From a virus (taxonomy: Duplodnaviria > Caudoviricetes), in IMG/VR virus record IMGVR_UViG_3300017649_000008, positions 1 through 40,545 of that record: DNA of 40,545 nt. The stretch is one strand, 5' to 3'. How positions within the stretch are numbered: the first letter of the stretch is position 1; each line of letters begins with the position of its first letter. The translations under genes and the position numbers were made by a program. Positions 26,457 through 36,386 of this stretch are shown piece after piece. The notes under the pieces are model-generated. The model was not told the DNA's origin. It did not search any database and saw only the letters and a program-made list of their open reading frames with translations.

Positions 26457-26963
26457 ATGAGCAATGGTAGAGCGCCCGTCAGCCGGAATGCATCGCTCGC
26501 GGAGCGCCTCGCACATGGCGGATGGAGGGAGATCATCCGCGTCGCTGAGCTCGGGCCCTGCTGGGAGTGGGATGGGCCGCGCAACGGAGATGGCTACGGC
26601 TACTGCAGCATCGGTTCCCGACGCTCGCGCGGTGCACACCGGCTCTCGTACGAGCTTCACATCGGCCCCATCGAAGCGGGCATGGTCATCTGCCACCGCT
26701 GCGACAATCCGCCGTGCATCAACCCGGACCATCTCTTTCCAGGAACGCACGGCGACAACCTCGCGGACATGCGCGCCAAGGGTCGCGAGCGGTACATCGC
26801 CGGCGACGGTCACCCAAGCTCGAAGCTGACAGACGAACAGGTGCGCGAGATTCGAGCACTCGCCGCGAGCGGCCAGAGCTACCCCACTCTCGCCGCTCGG
26901 TTCGGCGTCACCAGCAGCAACATCGGCCGCATCGTCCGTGGCCAGTCCCGACGCGCAGCCTGA
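26457..26963 (+). CDS. Free-standing HNH homing endonuclease with C-terminal HTH
   Basis: CWEWDG..GYG..AHRLSYELHIGPI...ICHRCDNPPCINPDHL..GTHGDN; SKLTDEQVREIR. Confidence 0.9.
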   Translation: MSNGRAPVSRNASLAERLAHGGWREIIRVAELGPCWEWDGPRNGDGYGYCSIGSRRSRGAHRLSYELHIGPIEAGMVICHRCDNPPCINPDHLFPGTHGDNLADMRAKGRERYIAGDGHPSSKLTDEQVREIRALAASGQSYPTLAARFGVTSSNIGRIVRGQSRRAA

Positions 26964-27094
26964 TCGTTCGCGTCCCGAACCGAATGGCCCCGCCTACACG
27001 GGGCCGTTCGTCGTCCCATCACGCCTTCCGCGGCCGCCGGCCGTAGGAACATCCCGCCGGAAGCGCCGGCACACTCACCCAGAAGGAGGCGGCC

Positions 27095-27853
27095 ATGGCC
27101 GACCACACTCTCTATGACACGATGGCGCCCTCCGCGGGGTCCGTCGCGCTCGCCCACCAGCGACTCATCCGCGTGAAGCAGTCGGGTGTGTTCGTGAACA
27201 TCACCGGGGACATCAACAACCTCGCGCTGAACCCGACGAAGATCGCCGTGCCCCGCGAGGTGTACGGGCAGAAGGGCCGCAACGGCGAGGACATCATCGG
27301 CTACAACTTCGCGCCGTCGTTCAACGTCGAGGTCGTCCGTGACCCCGTGACGAAGCAGATCGTCGCTGCGCAGGCGTGGTTCAAGGACCTCGTCGAGGCC
27401 GCGTTCTCCGAGGGCGAGGCGAACAAGCGGGAGTTCCAGCTGTTCACCGACGCGCTCGACGAGGACATGCCGGTGTTCCAGGGCACGTTCTCCGTCGCGT
27501 ACTCGGAGGCGAACACCGGGTTCGCGGACAAGGGTGTCGTCACGTTCACGCTCGCGAACGACGGCGTGGTGGAGCAGGTCCCCTCGCCGATCGCCGGTGA
27601 CGGGAAGCCGATCATCGAGTCGGTCGGGCCCTCGCTCGCCGAGGTCGGCGACCTGATCGTGATCCGCGGGTACAACATGACCGGCACCACCGGCATCTCG
27701 ATCGACTCGCAGCCCGCGTCGAACTTCACCGTCGTCGACCCGTACACGATCGTCGTCGAGATCCCCGCGTCCGTCACCGGTGCCGCCGCGATCGTCGTCA
27801 CGAACGCTGCGGGCGCGTCCGACTCGTTCAGCTACACGGCCGCCACGGCCTGA
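27095..27853 (+). CDS. Major tail protein with C-terminal IPT/Ig-like domain
   Basis: AAGGAGG RBS; position; PIIESVGP...GDLIVIRGYNM...IVVTNAAG. Confidence 0.8.
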   Translation: MADHTLYDTMAPSAGSVALAHQRLIRVKQSGVFVNITGDINNLALNPTKIAVPREVYGQKGRNGEDIIGYNFAPSFNVEVVRDPVTKQIVAAQAWFKDLVEAAFSEGEANKREFQLFTDALDEDMPVFQGTFSVAYSEANTGFADKGVVTFTLANDGVVEQVPSPIAGDGKPIIESVGPSLAEVGDLIVIRGYNMTGTTGISIDSQPASNFTVVDPYTIVVEIPASVTGAAAIVVTNAAGASDSFSYTAATA

Positions 27854-27876
27854 CCCGAGGGAGTTGCAGGGGACTC

Positions 27877-28335
27877 ATGACGGTCACAGCAGAGAAGGTC
27901 GGCCGCAACCTCGTGCTGACCATGGAGGGGGTGGAACCGTTCACGGTTCGCCCCCTCCCCGGCCTCGCCGGGATCCAGATCACCGACGCGTACATCCATG
28001 CCGCGGGGGGCATGTCCGCCGCGGACATGGAGGCCGCGTTCGTCATGGCGGTCGACGGGGCGCGGGAGAACACGATCACCGGCCGCTGGGAGCCGGTGCC
28101 CGCCGAGGAGCGGGCGAACTACAACCGGATCGCGAGGGAACTGTCGCAGGCGGAGGCGGAGGAAATCCTCATGCCCGCGTTCCTGTGGCAGACGACCCTC
28201 GGTATGGACGGCGTGAAGGCGTACCTGGAGGGTGGTGGTGGCCTCGCCGGGACCCTAAAAGCAACGGGGGCGCTGTCGCGCCGGCTGGGGCTCTTGGCCC
28301 GGACGACATCGCCCGAGGCATCCGCGACGGCCTGA
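27877..28335 (+). CDS. Tail assembly chaperone (G)
   Basis: Between the major tail gene and the tape measure gene. Confidence 0.75.
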   Translation: MTVTAEKVGRNLVLTMEGVEPFTVRPLPGLAGIQITDAYIHAAGGMSAADMEAAFVMAVDGARENTITGRWEPVPAEERANYNRIARELSQAEAEEILMPAFLWQTTLGMDGVKAYLEGGGGLAGTLKATGALSRRLGLLARTTSPEASATA

Positions 28336-28769
28336 TCATCCCGATCGGGAAGTCTGACGAGAACGGCCTGTACGCGGACTACGTGTACACGCCGGAGTGG
28401 AAGACGCAGCGTGCCGCGCAGCTGGCGCGCGCGGAGGCCACCGAACCGCCCGGGGGCGCGTCGATGGCGGCGAAGGAGTTCTGGCCTCTGGTGTGGCCGG
28501 AACTGTTCGAGCAGGTCGAGATCGACCTCGCGCAGGCGGGCCTCGTGCCCGACCTGGACGCCGCGCTCCGCACCCGGACGTGGCACTTCATCCGTACGGC
28601 GATCCTCCGCCTCCCTGACATCGAAGGCACGTGGGTGCAGAAGGCGGTGAGCGATCTTGTTCGACGTCGGAGCGCTGATCTTCAAGATCCAGGCGGCTGG
28701 GGCGCAGGTGTTCCAGCGGGACATGGACCAGGCCGACAAGGCCATCAAGAAGGTCGAGGGTTCCGCTAA
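28254..28769 (+). CDS. Tail assembly chaperone -1 frameshift extension (GT)
   Basis: The -1 frame is open past CCCTAAAA (28253-28260): KSNGGAVAP...WHFIRTAILRLP. Confidence 0.6.
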   Translation, partial: PKSNGGAVAPAGALGPDDIARGIRDGLIIPIGKSDENGLYADYVYTPEWKTQRAAQLARAEATEPPGGASMAAKEFWPLVWPELFEQVEIDLAQAGLVPDLDAALRTRTWHFIRTAILRLPDIEGTWVQKAVSDLVRRRSADLQDPGGWGAGVPAGHGPGRQGHQEGRGFR

Positions 28770-31488
28770 GTCCGCGAAGCCCGCTGTCGAGGGGCAGGGG
28801 AAGGCGACCGAGGAACTCGGGAAGAAGTCGTCCGACGCCGCGCCGAAGCAGGAGAAGCAGGCCAAGGCGACCGAGGCGCAGACCGAGGCCGCGAAGACCC
28901 TCTCCCGGGCGCTGCTCGCCGCCGGCACGGCTGTGGGCGTGCTGGTCGGCGTGTCGGTCGCGAAGTACGCCGAGTTCGATCAGGCGATGTCGAACGTGCG
29001 CGCCGCGACCATGGCGACCGCGGCGGAGCAGAAGCAACTCGCCGACGCTGCGCTCGAGGCAGGCGCCGACACGGTGTACTCCGCGGCAGAAGCGGCCGCG
29101 GCGCAGGAGGAACTCGCGAAGGCGGGCCTCACGGTCACGGAGATCGTCGGCGGTGGCCTCACCGGTGCGCTGTCGCTCGCCGCGGCCGGGCAGCTCGCAG
29201 TCGCCCGGTCGGCGGAGATCATGTCGACCACGCTGAAGCAGTTCAAGCTGCCCGCCGAGGACGCCGCGCACGTGTCCGACCTGCTCGCCGCCGGCGCCGG
29301 TAAGGCGATGGGCTCCGTCGAGGACCTGTCGCTCGCACTGTCGTACGTCGGCCCGGTCGCCGCAGGTCTCAACATCAGCATCGAGGAGACCGCGGGCACG
29401 CTGGCGTACTTCGCGGAGCAGGGCATCCTCGGTGAGAAGGCGGGCACGTCGCTGCGCGGCGTGATCATGTCGCTCACCGCCCCCTCCGCGATCGCCGCGC
29501 GCACGATGGGCGAATACGGGATCAACGTGTTCGACGCGTCGGGGAACATGAAGTCCCTCGCGGAGATCTCGCAGATCCTGAAGTCCCGGCTGGGTGGGCT
29601 CACCGAGGCGGAACGGTCCGCCGCGCTGGGCCGCATCTTCGGTAACGAGCAGATCACGGCCGCCCGCATCCTGTACGCCGGTGGCGCGAAGGCGATCGAG
29701 GACTGGACCGACGCGGTCAACGACTCCGGGTACGCCGCGGAGCAGGCCGCGATGCGGCAGGACAACCTCGCCGGCGACATCGAGAAGCTCGGCGGCGCGT
29801 TCGACACCGCGTTCATCAAGACCGGGTCCGGAGCGAACGACGTGCTCCGTCAGATGGTGCAGGGCGTTACCGCGCTCGTCGACTTGTTCGGTGAGGCGCC
29901 GGGCGAGGTGCAGACCACTGCGCTCGCGGTCGGTGTTCTCACCGGCGCGGTGCTGCTCGCGTCGGGCGCGGCGGTCGGGTTGAGGGTGAAGTGGATCGAG
30001 CTGAAGGAGCAGCTCGACAAGTCGAACGTGTCCATGGGGAAGACCGCGCTGATCGGCGGGGCTGTCGGGCTCGCGCTGACCGGTGTCGTCACCGTCGTCA
30101 CGATTCTCGCCCAGAAGCAGGCCGAAGCGCGCGCGAAGGCGCAGAGCTACGCCGACGCGATCGAGTCCGGCACACGCGCGGTCCGTGACCTCGCGGAAGC
30201 GAACCTGCAGGCCGAACGCACCCTCGGGTGGCTGAACTTCGGCTCCGCGTACGACAACGCCGACAAGCTCGGCATCAGCCTGGACCTCGTCACGGACGCG
30301 GTCACCGGGAACGTCAAGGCGATGGAGGAACTCAACGAGGTCCTCGACATCGCCACCGGCGGCGGGGACGCCGCGCAGAAGATGGCCGACGAGCTCGGCA
30401 TCAGCTACCTCGACCTGGCACAGTCCGCCGGCACCCTCCGGGAGCAGGTCGACGAGGAGCGTGCCGCTCAGGAGCGGGCGAAGGTGCTGCGGGAGCAGGC
30501 AACCCGTGCGACCGACGAACAGACCGCCAGCACCCGCACCGCCGCGGAAGCGTACCTGGAAGCCGCGGAGGGGGCGGAGGAGCTCGAGTCGCAGCTGTCA
30601 CAGCTGATCGACACGATCTTCGCTCAGAACAAGGCGAACTTGGACGCACGTGAGGCTCAGCGACAGTGGATCGAAGCGCTCGAGGACTTCGACGCCGCAC
30701 TCGCCGAGAACGGAACCAGCCTGGACCTGAACACGCAGGCCGGGCGAGACAACCAGGAGAACCTTGACACGATCGCTCAGCGGGCGATGGAGGTAGCCGA
30801 AGCCACCACGGCCGCTGGCGGGAGCTATGACGACTTCCGGGCATCGCTCGAAGGGTCGCGGCAGGCCCTCATCGACCGGATCCAGCAGCTTGGGTACGCC
30901 GGCGACGAAGCGGCGGCGATGGCGGATGAGATCCTCCGCATCCCGTCGCAGACGGAATGGAAGGTCGTCGCCGACACGTACGCCGCGCAGGAAGCCCTCG
31001 ACCGGTTCATCTGGAGCAACGACGGCCGCACCATCTCGCTGCGGGTCGCCACGCCCGGCCTGCGTTCCACGGTCGGCAACGACGGCGGCCCCGGCGGGTT
31101 CGCTGACGGAGGGTTCGCATTCTTCGCCGGCGGCGGTGTCCGCGAGAACCACGTCGCCCAGTTCGCCCGTGCCGGCGAGTGGCGGGTGTGGGCGGAACCG
31201 GAGACCGGCGGGGAGGCGTACATCCCCCTCGCCCCGTCGAAGCGGGCCCGCTCCGAGCAGCTCCTGAGCGAAACCGCGCGGATCTTCGGCGGCACGTACA
31301 TTCCCGCGGGCGCCACCGGGTACGCGAACGGAGCCACAGGCATCGCCACAGCCGCGCCCGCGGGGCCGGTTGTGCTGCATCTGTACGACATCGACGGCGT
31401 CATGCGAGGCGCCATGCGAGCCGAGATCAAGCAGTCCGCCGGCATCGTCTACGAAGCGGCCGCAGCTGAGAAGAACCGGAGGCGTTGA
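28657..31488 (+). CDS. Tape measure protein (TP901-type core)
   Basis: 943 aa, Ala-rich and helical; FDQAMSNVRA, GEKAGTSLR, MRQDNLAGDIEKLGGAF, WAEPETGGEAYIPL. Confidence 0.92.
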   Translation: MFDVGALIFKIQAAGAQVFQRDMDQADKAIKKVEGSAKSAKPAVEGQGKATEELGKKSSDAAPKQEKQAKATEAQTEAAKTLSRALLAAGTAVGVLVGVSVAKYAEFDQAMSNVRAATMATAAEQKQLADAALEAGADTVYSAAEAAAAQEELAKAGLTVTEIVGGGLTGALSLAAAGQLAVARSAEIMSTTLKQFKLPAEDAAHVSDLLAAGAGKAMGSVEDLSLALSYVGPVAAGLNISIEETAGTLAYFAEQGILGEKAGTSLRGVIMSLTAPSAIAARTMGEYGINVFDASGNMKSLAEISQILKSRLGGLTEAERSAALGRIFGNEQITAARILYAGGAKAIEDWTDAVNDSGYAAEQAAMRQDNLAGDIEKLGGAFDTAFIKTGSGANDVLRQMVQGVTALVDLFGEAPGEVQTTALAVGVLTGAVLLASGAAVGLRVKWIELKEQLDKSNVSMGKTALIGGAVGLALTGVVTVVTILAQKQAEARAKAQSYADAIESGTRAVRDLAEANLQAERTLGWLNFGSAYDNADKLGISLDLVTDAVTGNVKAMEELNEVLDIATGGGDAAQKMADELGISYLDLAQSAGTLREQVDEERAAQERAKVLREQATRATDEQTASTRTAAEAYLEAAEGAEELESQLSQLIDTIFAQNKANLDAREAQRQWIEALEDFDAALAENGTSLDLNTQAGRDNQENLDTIAQRAMEVAEATTAAGGSYDDFRASLEGSRQALIDRIQQLGYAGDEAAAMADEILRIPSQTEWKVVADTYAAQEALDRFIWSNDGRTISLRVATPGLRSTVGNDGGPGGFADGGFAFFAGGGVRENHVAQFARAGEWRVWAEPETGGEAYIPLAPSKRARSEQLLSETARIFGGTYIPAGATGYANGATGIATAAPAGPVVLHLYDIDGVMRGAMRAEIKQSAGIVYEAAAAEKNRRR

Positions 31489-32741
31489 TGCTCAGAATCG
31501 GGCGGGTCGGACGCGACGTCAACCTGCGTGTGTCCCGATGGGATGACCGCGACCGGACCACCCAGGTGGAGTTCTCCGTCCGCGGCATCGGGCACAGCGC
31601 GGCCACCACGCTCCGGGACCAGCTGCTCGGTTACGTCAACTCTCCCGACGAGGCGTTCGTGCCGGTGCTGTGGGACGACGATCCGTCGGTGGCGGGGTAT
31701 TACCGGGTCCTCAGCGTGTCGGTGACGCCGCACCGCGCAGGCGCGTTCCTCGGCTACTACGCGTTCGCGGTGACCATCGAGCGGGTGACCGGGTACGCGG
31801 CGCCGCTGATCGAGCTGCACAGCCTCGGCACGGTGCGCACGAACGAGCACTCCAGCGCGACTGCGACGCAGTCGTACTGCTTTCCCGCCGCGGCGCAGTC
31901 GATCGCTTTCCTCTCGGAGGCGTCCGGGTCGTTCATCCCGTTCGCGGCCGCCCGGACACGGGAGGGCGCACGGGGTGACGTGCTCTCATACGATCAGCTC
32001 GCGTCGCAACGGTACACCGCCCAGTTCTACGTGGATCCCGCCGGCTACTACGACGGCGCGGCGACGGTCCTCGCCGGCGACGACCTCGCCGTCGTCGTGG
32101 GGAGGCAGGTCCCGAACACTCCGGACTCGTGGCGTGTCACGAATGGGCTGTTCGAGGTCGAGCCCGACGGCAGCGGCGGGTTCGGGCTGCGGTGTCGGAT
32201 GTTCCTCGACGGGGCGTTTACCGACTGGGTGCCGTTCTCGATCATCTCGTCCGGCGTTCTCCTCGACCCCCGGGTCCCGCTGCCCGCACCGCACACGATC
32301 ACCATCCTCCGCAACGGTCCCGAGGAGGTCGCGATCCGGCTGCTCACGGCCGCGCCGTCCGCGTTCACCGGGAACGCGTACTCCCCGATCTACGTCGATA
32401 TCTCGCTGCGCCGCGGCGCCCGATGGGTCGGTGTGGAGCTGCGGTCGGTGTTCAACGGGTACCATGGTGTCCGCTGCCCGGCGCTCGCATCCGGCACGTA
32501 CACCGACAGCGAGTACTGGAACAAGGCGGTCGGGGCGGCGCGGATGGTCGTCGGGGGGCCCGAGACGATCGGGCAGACCGGGGATGACCTGTACCCGTAC
32601 CAGTCGGCGATCCAGAACGTCAAGGTGTGGACGTTCATGATCGGCCTCGTCGACGGCTCCGACTCGGACGACACCGTCGCGGACGCGTTCGCGGAGTACA
32701 TGTTCGCGGGGTCGCAGAAGCAGGCGGTGGTGGCGCAGTGA
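31485..32741 (+). CDS. Minor tail protein (distal tail position)
   Basis: Immediately after the tape measure gene; beta-rich. Confidence 0.6.
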   Translation: MMLRIGRVGRDVNLRVSRWDDRDRTTQVEFSVRGIGHSAATTLRDQLLGYVNSPDEAFVPVLWDDDPSVAGYYRVLSVSVTPHRAGAFLGYYAFAVTIERVTGYAAPLIELHSLGTVRTNEHSSATATQSYCFPAAAQSIAFLSEASGSFIPFAAARTREGARGDVLSYDQLASQRYTAQFYVDPAGYYDGAATVLAGDDLAVVVGRQVPNTPDSWRVTNGLFEVEPDGSGGFGLRCRMFLDGAFTDWVPFSIISSGVLLDPRVPLPAPHTITILRNGPEEVAIRLLTAAPSAFTGNAYSPIYVDISLRRGARWVGVELRSVFNGYHGVRCPALASGTYTDSEYWNKAVGAARMVVGGPETIGQTGDDLYPYQSAIQNVKVWTFMIGLVDGSDSDDTVADAFAEYMFAGSQKQAVVAQ

Positions 32742-33919
32742 CGGTCACGGAACGGCTGCGGGGCATCGGCGCGTGGTCGCTGAGCCTCCGCCCGGACACG
32801 CCGACGCAGGTCAAGAACCTGATGCTGCCGGAGGTGTCCGGGTACGGGCACATCGTGATCACCCCGAACCGGGTCGACCTGGGGGCGATGTCCGACGAGG
32901 ACGCGCTCGCGCTGTCCCGCTACACCGGCATCTTCCTCGCCCGCGACGAGCAGAACCTCACCCTGTCCGGGTACGGGGTGAACGCGTGGCTGGGCGACGG
33001 GAACAAGGGTCGCTCGTTCGGCCTGTTCGGCCCCGGCGCTGGGGCGGGGAACACGTACATCACGACCGGCGCGTTCTCGCAGTGGGTCGACGCGATCCTG
33101 CAGGACGGGTTTCTCACCGAGGGCACGATCTCGTCGATCTCCGGCACGTACACCGTCGTCCACGAGCGCGGGTTCTTCCGTGACGTGCTCGACGCGGTGT
33201 GCGACCGGTTCGGGGCGGACTGGGTGGTGCGCCCCGACTTCTCCCTCGACGTCGGCACGCAGGCGGACCTGTTCCGCGTCACCCCGGAGGCGCTCATCGT
33301 TCGCCACCGCGCGGACTCCGGCCGCGACATCGCCATCCGCGGCGTCACCGGTGAGCTCGATATGACCCGCGACGTCGAGGACTGGGCACGGCGCGTGATC
33401 TTCTGGTGGGACGATTCCGGCAGCCCGACCGCGTCGATCGCGGATGGCGGCGTCGCCGAGGCGGACGTCCCGTTCCGCGGGCCGACCGGCGGGCCGCCAC
33501 TCATCGACCGGATCGTCGACGGCTCCCGGGTGGATTCCTCCGGTGACGCCGCGGCGCTGGCCGCAGCGCACTGGGCGCAGACGTCCGGTGTCCGCGCGGA
33601 GATGACGCTGCGGTCCAACGAGTACGACATCGGCCGCGACGTCGCCGTCGGCGACAACGTGTACGTCTTCGACCACGAACGCGGCATCTTCGACCTGAAC
33701 AACCCGGTCACCTACCGGGGGCAGACGATCTACCCACGCGTGATCCGCTGCGTCGGGTACACGTGGCCGATCCGGCAGGGCATGGGCGTCTGGTTCCGCC
33801 GGTACCGGAAGGTCGGCGGGAACTGGGAACTCGAGTGGATCGACCTGACCCCGTACGTCGTCTGGGAGGACGGCAACACAACTGTCGAGGTCGGCGCGAA
33901 GCCTCGGCAGAAGCTCTAA
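32738..33919 (+). CDS. Minor tail protein (baseplate hub position)
   Basis: GTG start MTVTERLRGIG; VAVGDNVYV motif; position. Confidence 0.6.
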   Translation: MTVTERLRGIGAWSLSLRPDTPTQVKNLMLPEVSGYGHIVITPNRVDLGAMSDEDALALSRYTGIFLARDEQNLTLSGYGVNAWLGDGNKGRSFGLFGPGAGAGNTYITTGAFSQWVDAILQDGFLTEGTISSISGTYTVVHERGFFRDVLDAVCDRFGADWVVRPDFSLDVGTQADLFRVTPEALIVRHRADSGRDIAIRGVTGELDMTRDVEDWARRVIFWWDDSGSPTASIADGGVAEADVPFRGPTGGPPLIDRIVDGSRVDSSGDAAALAAAHWAQTSGVRAEMTLRSNEYDIGRDVAVGDNVYVFDHERGIFDLNNPVTYRGQTIYPRVIRCVGYTWPIRQGMGVWFRRYRKVGGNWELEWIDLTPYVVWEDGNTTVEVGAKPRQKL

Positions 33920-33943
33920 CAGAGACCATCGGAAGGGGTCAGA

Positions 33944-36085
33944 ATGACCGTCATCACCACCAACGACCACCCGATCGTGGACTCGTCAGGGCAGCCCGCG
34001 GAGGGACGCATCCTGTTCACCCGGTCCGCGCGCGGGATCGTCGACGGCGACCTGGTGACAACGACGCCGGGGACGGTGACCGTCAAGGACGGGCGGATCG
34101 CGAGACCGGCCACGTTCGACCTGCCCGCGACGGGTGAGGGTGAGGGCGTGCTCATCGTCGAGCTGTTCCGCAACCGTGGCGAGGAGGCGAAGGCCGTCTC
34201 GTTCTGGGTGGAGGTGCCCGACGAGGAGTCGATTGAATACGCGGACCTTCCGCAGATCACGACGCCGTCGGCGGGGGCCGACGTGCCGGCGTGGGCGCGG
34301 GAGCTGCTGGACGCGATCGAGTCCGTCGAGGGCGTGAACGACGTCATCGTGAAGGACCTGATCACCGACCCGGAGACCCAGACCGGAGCCGCCCTAAACG
34401 CCACGATTGACACGGCGGTTGGCCGGTTCAGCCTGCCGAACTACGGCGCGGCGATGGCCGCATTCCACGCCGGAACGCCCACCCGGATCAAGTGGCTCAC
34501 CTGGGGCGACTCAATGGCGCAGGGCATCTTCGAGCGGCTCGCGCCCCGGCTCCGGCTGCACCTGGGAGGGCAGTTCGCGGGCGTCTACTTCACCGGCTCC
34601 ACCCGCAGCGTCACCGCGATCACGTCCACCGGGACGATCACCGACGCGACGACCGCATATGACGCATGGCCTACCGGCGCTGTGTCCACGTTCGCGACCG
34701 GGGCGACCCGCACCTACGGCGTCGGCGGCGCGTCGACCGTGTGCGACACCGTGAAGGTGTACTACGTCAAGGAACCCGGGGCGGGCACGTTCAAGGTGCA
34801 GATCGACGGGGAGGACGTCGAGGGATTCACCAGCATCAGCGCCGCCGGAACGCTCGGCACGCTCGGCGTCGTGACGCTCGACGTCACCCGCGGCGCGCAC
34901 ACCGCGAAGGTGGTCAACCTCACCGGCGCGGTGCGGATCATCGGGCTCGGCTTCGAGGACTCCACCGTCTCCGGTCTGGTCCCCATCAACGTGTCCAAGG
35001 GTGGGCTGGAGCTGCCTGACGCGATGGGCGCGGCGACCGCCCGCGCCAACTTTGCCGCGTTCCTGGAGGACGTGCAGCCGACCATCATCACGCACGAGAT
35101 GAAAGAGTCCGCGACCTGGTACCAGGAACGCCTCACGCAGCTTCTCGACGTGTTCGCGGACGGTGCGCCGCTGGCTGACGTGGTGCTGGTGGCGACGCCG
35201 GAGATCGGCGGCACCGCGCACACCGGCATTCCCGAGCAGAACGCGACCCTCCGGGCGCTGGCGAAGCAGTACGGGCATCCGGTGTTCGACGCTGACATCG
35301 CGTTCGGGTCGTATGCGTCTGCGCTCGCGCACGGCCTCTACTCCGAGGGCGACACGGTGCACTACAACACCGCGGGCAAGGACTACCTCGCTGGACTGTT
35401 CGCCGCGGCGACGGCGCTGTTCGCCCGCGCCGCATCCACGCAGTCGCGCGACGTTAGCGCCGTGCTGGAACAGTCGTTCCGGCTCGGGCCTGACGTGGAC
35501 GACTACGTGAGCCTGATGGAGCAGCAGTCAGGGTTCGATGTGCTGTGGAAGCTGAAGCGGCAACTCGCGATCACCCCGCAGTCAGGGACGCCGGATGCGT
35601 CGTCGTGGCTCATCCGCCCCGACAACGGCAACAATCAGCAGATCCCGAACGGCGTCCGGGTGGGCACCACAGGGCCGTTCGTGCGGGGCATCAACGCGTC
35701 TGTCGCCTCGTTCATGACTGCGCGCGGCGGCGGTGTGCCGGTCGCGGTCAGCCAGCGCGCGTACATCTCCCAGGTTCAGACCATCGCATCGGCATCCGGT
35801 GCCGTCACCATCGACCTATCTCTCGGGACCGTCGTTCTGCTCACGCTGACCGGCAATGTCACGTCGTGGACGTTCTCAAACCCGGACGGTGCGGGGCAGG
35901 AGGTGGAGGTTCACTTCATCCAGGATGCCACAGGTGGCCGCACCCTGGCCGGGAAGGCGTCGACCATCGACCTGGCGGGCGGGGCGCTCACGCTCAGCAC
36001 GGGCGCGAACAAGCGCGATGTGATCCGGTTCCGGTTCGTGTCGTCGCGGTTCGTCGAGACGTCCCGATCGATGAACGTCGGCTGA
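33944..36085 (+). CDS. Tail fibre / receptor-binding protein with SGNH (GDSL) hydrolase domain
   Basis: WLTWGDSM block I, NVSKGG block II, DTVHYN catalytic DxxH; last structural gene before lysis. Confidence 0.7.
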   Translation: MTVITTNDHPIVDSSGQPAEGRILFTRSARGIVDGDLVTTTPGTVTVKDGRIARPATFDLPATGEGEGVLIVELFRNRGEEAKAVSFWVEVPDEESIEYADLPQITTPSAGADVPAWARELLDAIESVEGVNDVIVKDLITDPETQTGAALNATIDTAVGRFSLPNYGAAMAAFHAGTPTRIKWLTWGDSMAQGIFERLAPRLRLHLGGQFAGVYFTGSTRSVTAITSTGTITDATTAYDAWPTGAVSTFATGATRTYGVGGASTVCDTVKVYYVKEPGAGTFKVQIDGEDVEGFTSISAAGTLGTLGVVTLDVTRGAHTAKVVNLTGAVRIIGLGFEDSTVSGLVPINVSKGGLELPDAMGAATARANFAAFLEDVQPTIITHEMKESATWYQERLTQLLDVFADGAPLADVVLVATPEIGGTAHTGIPEQNATLRALAKQYGHPVFDADIAFGSYASALAHGLYSEGDTVHYNTAGKDYLAGLFAAATALFARAASTQSRDVSAVLEQSFRLGPDVDDYVSLMEQQSGFDVLWKLKRQLAITPQSGTPDASSWLIRPDNGNNQQIPNGVRVGTTGPFVRGINASVASFMTARGGGVPVAVSQRAYISQVQTIASASGAVTIDLSLGTVVLLTLTGNVTSWTFSNPDGAGQEVEVHFIQDATGGRTLAGKASTIDLAGGALTLSTGANKRDVIRFRFVSSRFVETSRSMNVG

Positions 36086-36158
36086 CCTAAAGACCTCATT
36101 TAGTTACGGGGCCCTGGCAGATCGCCGGGGCCCCTCGTCATGCCCGGGAGGTACCGCC

Positions 36159-36386
36159 ATGCCCGAAACGACGACCCGCGCCGAGGCGCGCGAAGCGATC
36201 CGGCAGGCGCTGCTCGACTGGCGCGCCGCGGGCGAACCGGACCCGGTGATCCCGGTGTACGCCGACGAGAACGGCGACGGGGTGCCCGACTTCTACGGGC
36301 TCGACGCGTTCGGTCAGCTGCGGCTCGTGCCCGGCGTCACCGTCGCCGAGAGCGTCGCCGCCCCGACCGGGACGGAGGGCCCGTGA
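36159..36386 (+). CDS. Small hypothetical protein with a DxNGDG Ca-binding-like loop
   Basis: GGAGG RBS; ADENGDGVPD. Confidence 0.55.
   Translation: MPETTTRAEAREAIRQALLDWRAAGEPDPVIPVYADENGDGVPDFYGLDAFGQLRLVPGVTVAESVAAPTGTEGP

Noticed and set aside
32390-33970. 526-aa minus-strand ORF in the tail region
   Set aside because: Antisense shadow of the minor tail genes
33944-36085. Possible diversity-generating retroelement target in the tail fibre
   Set aside because: No reverse transcriptase and no template/variable repeat pair seen
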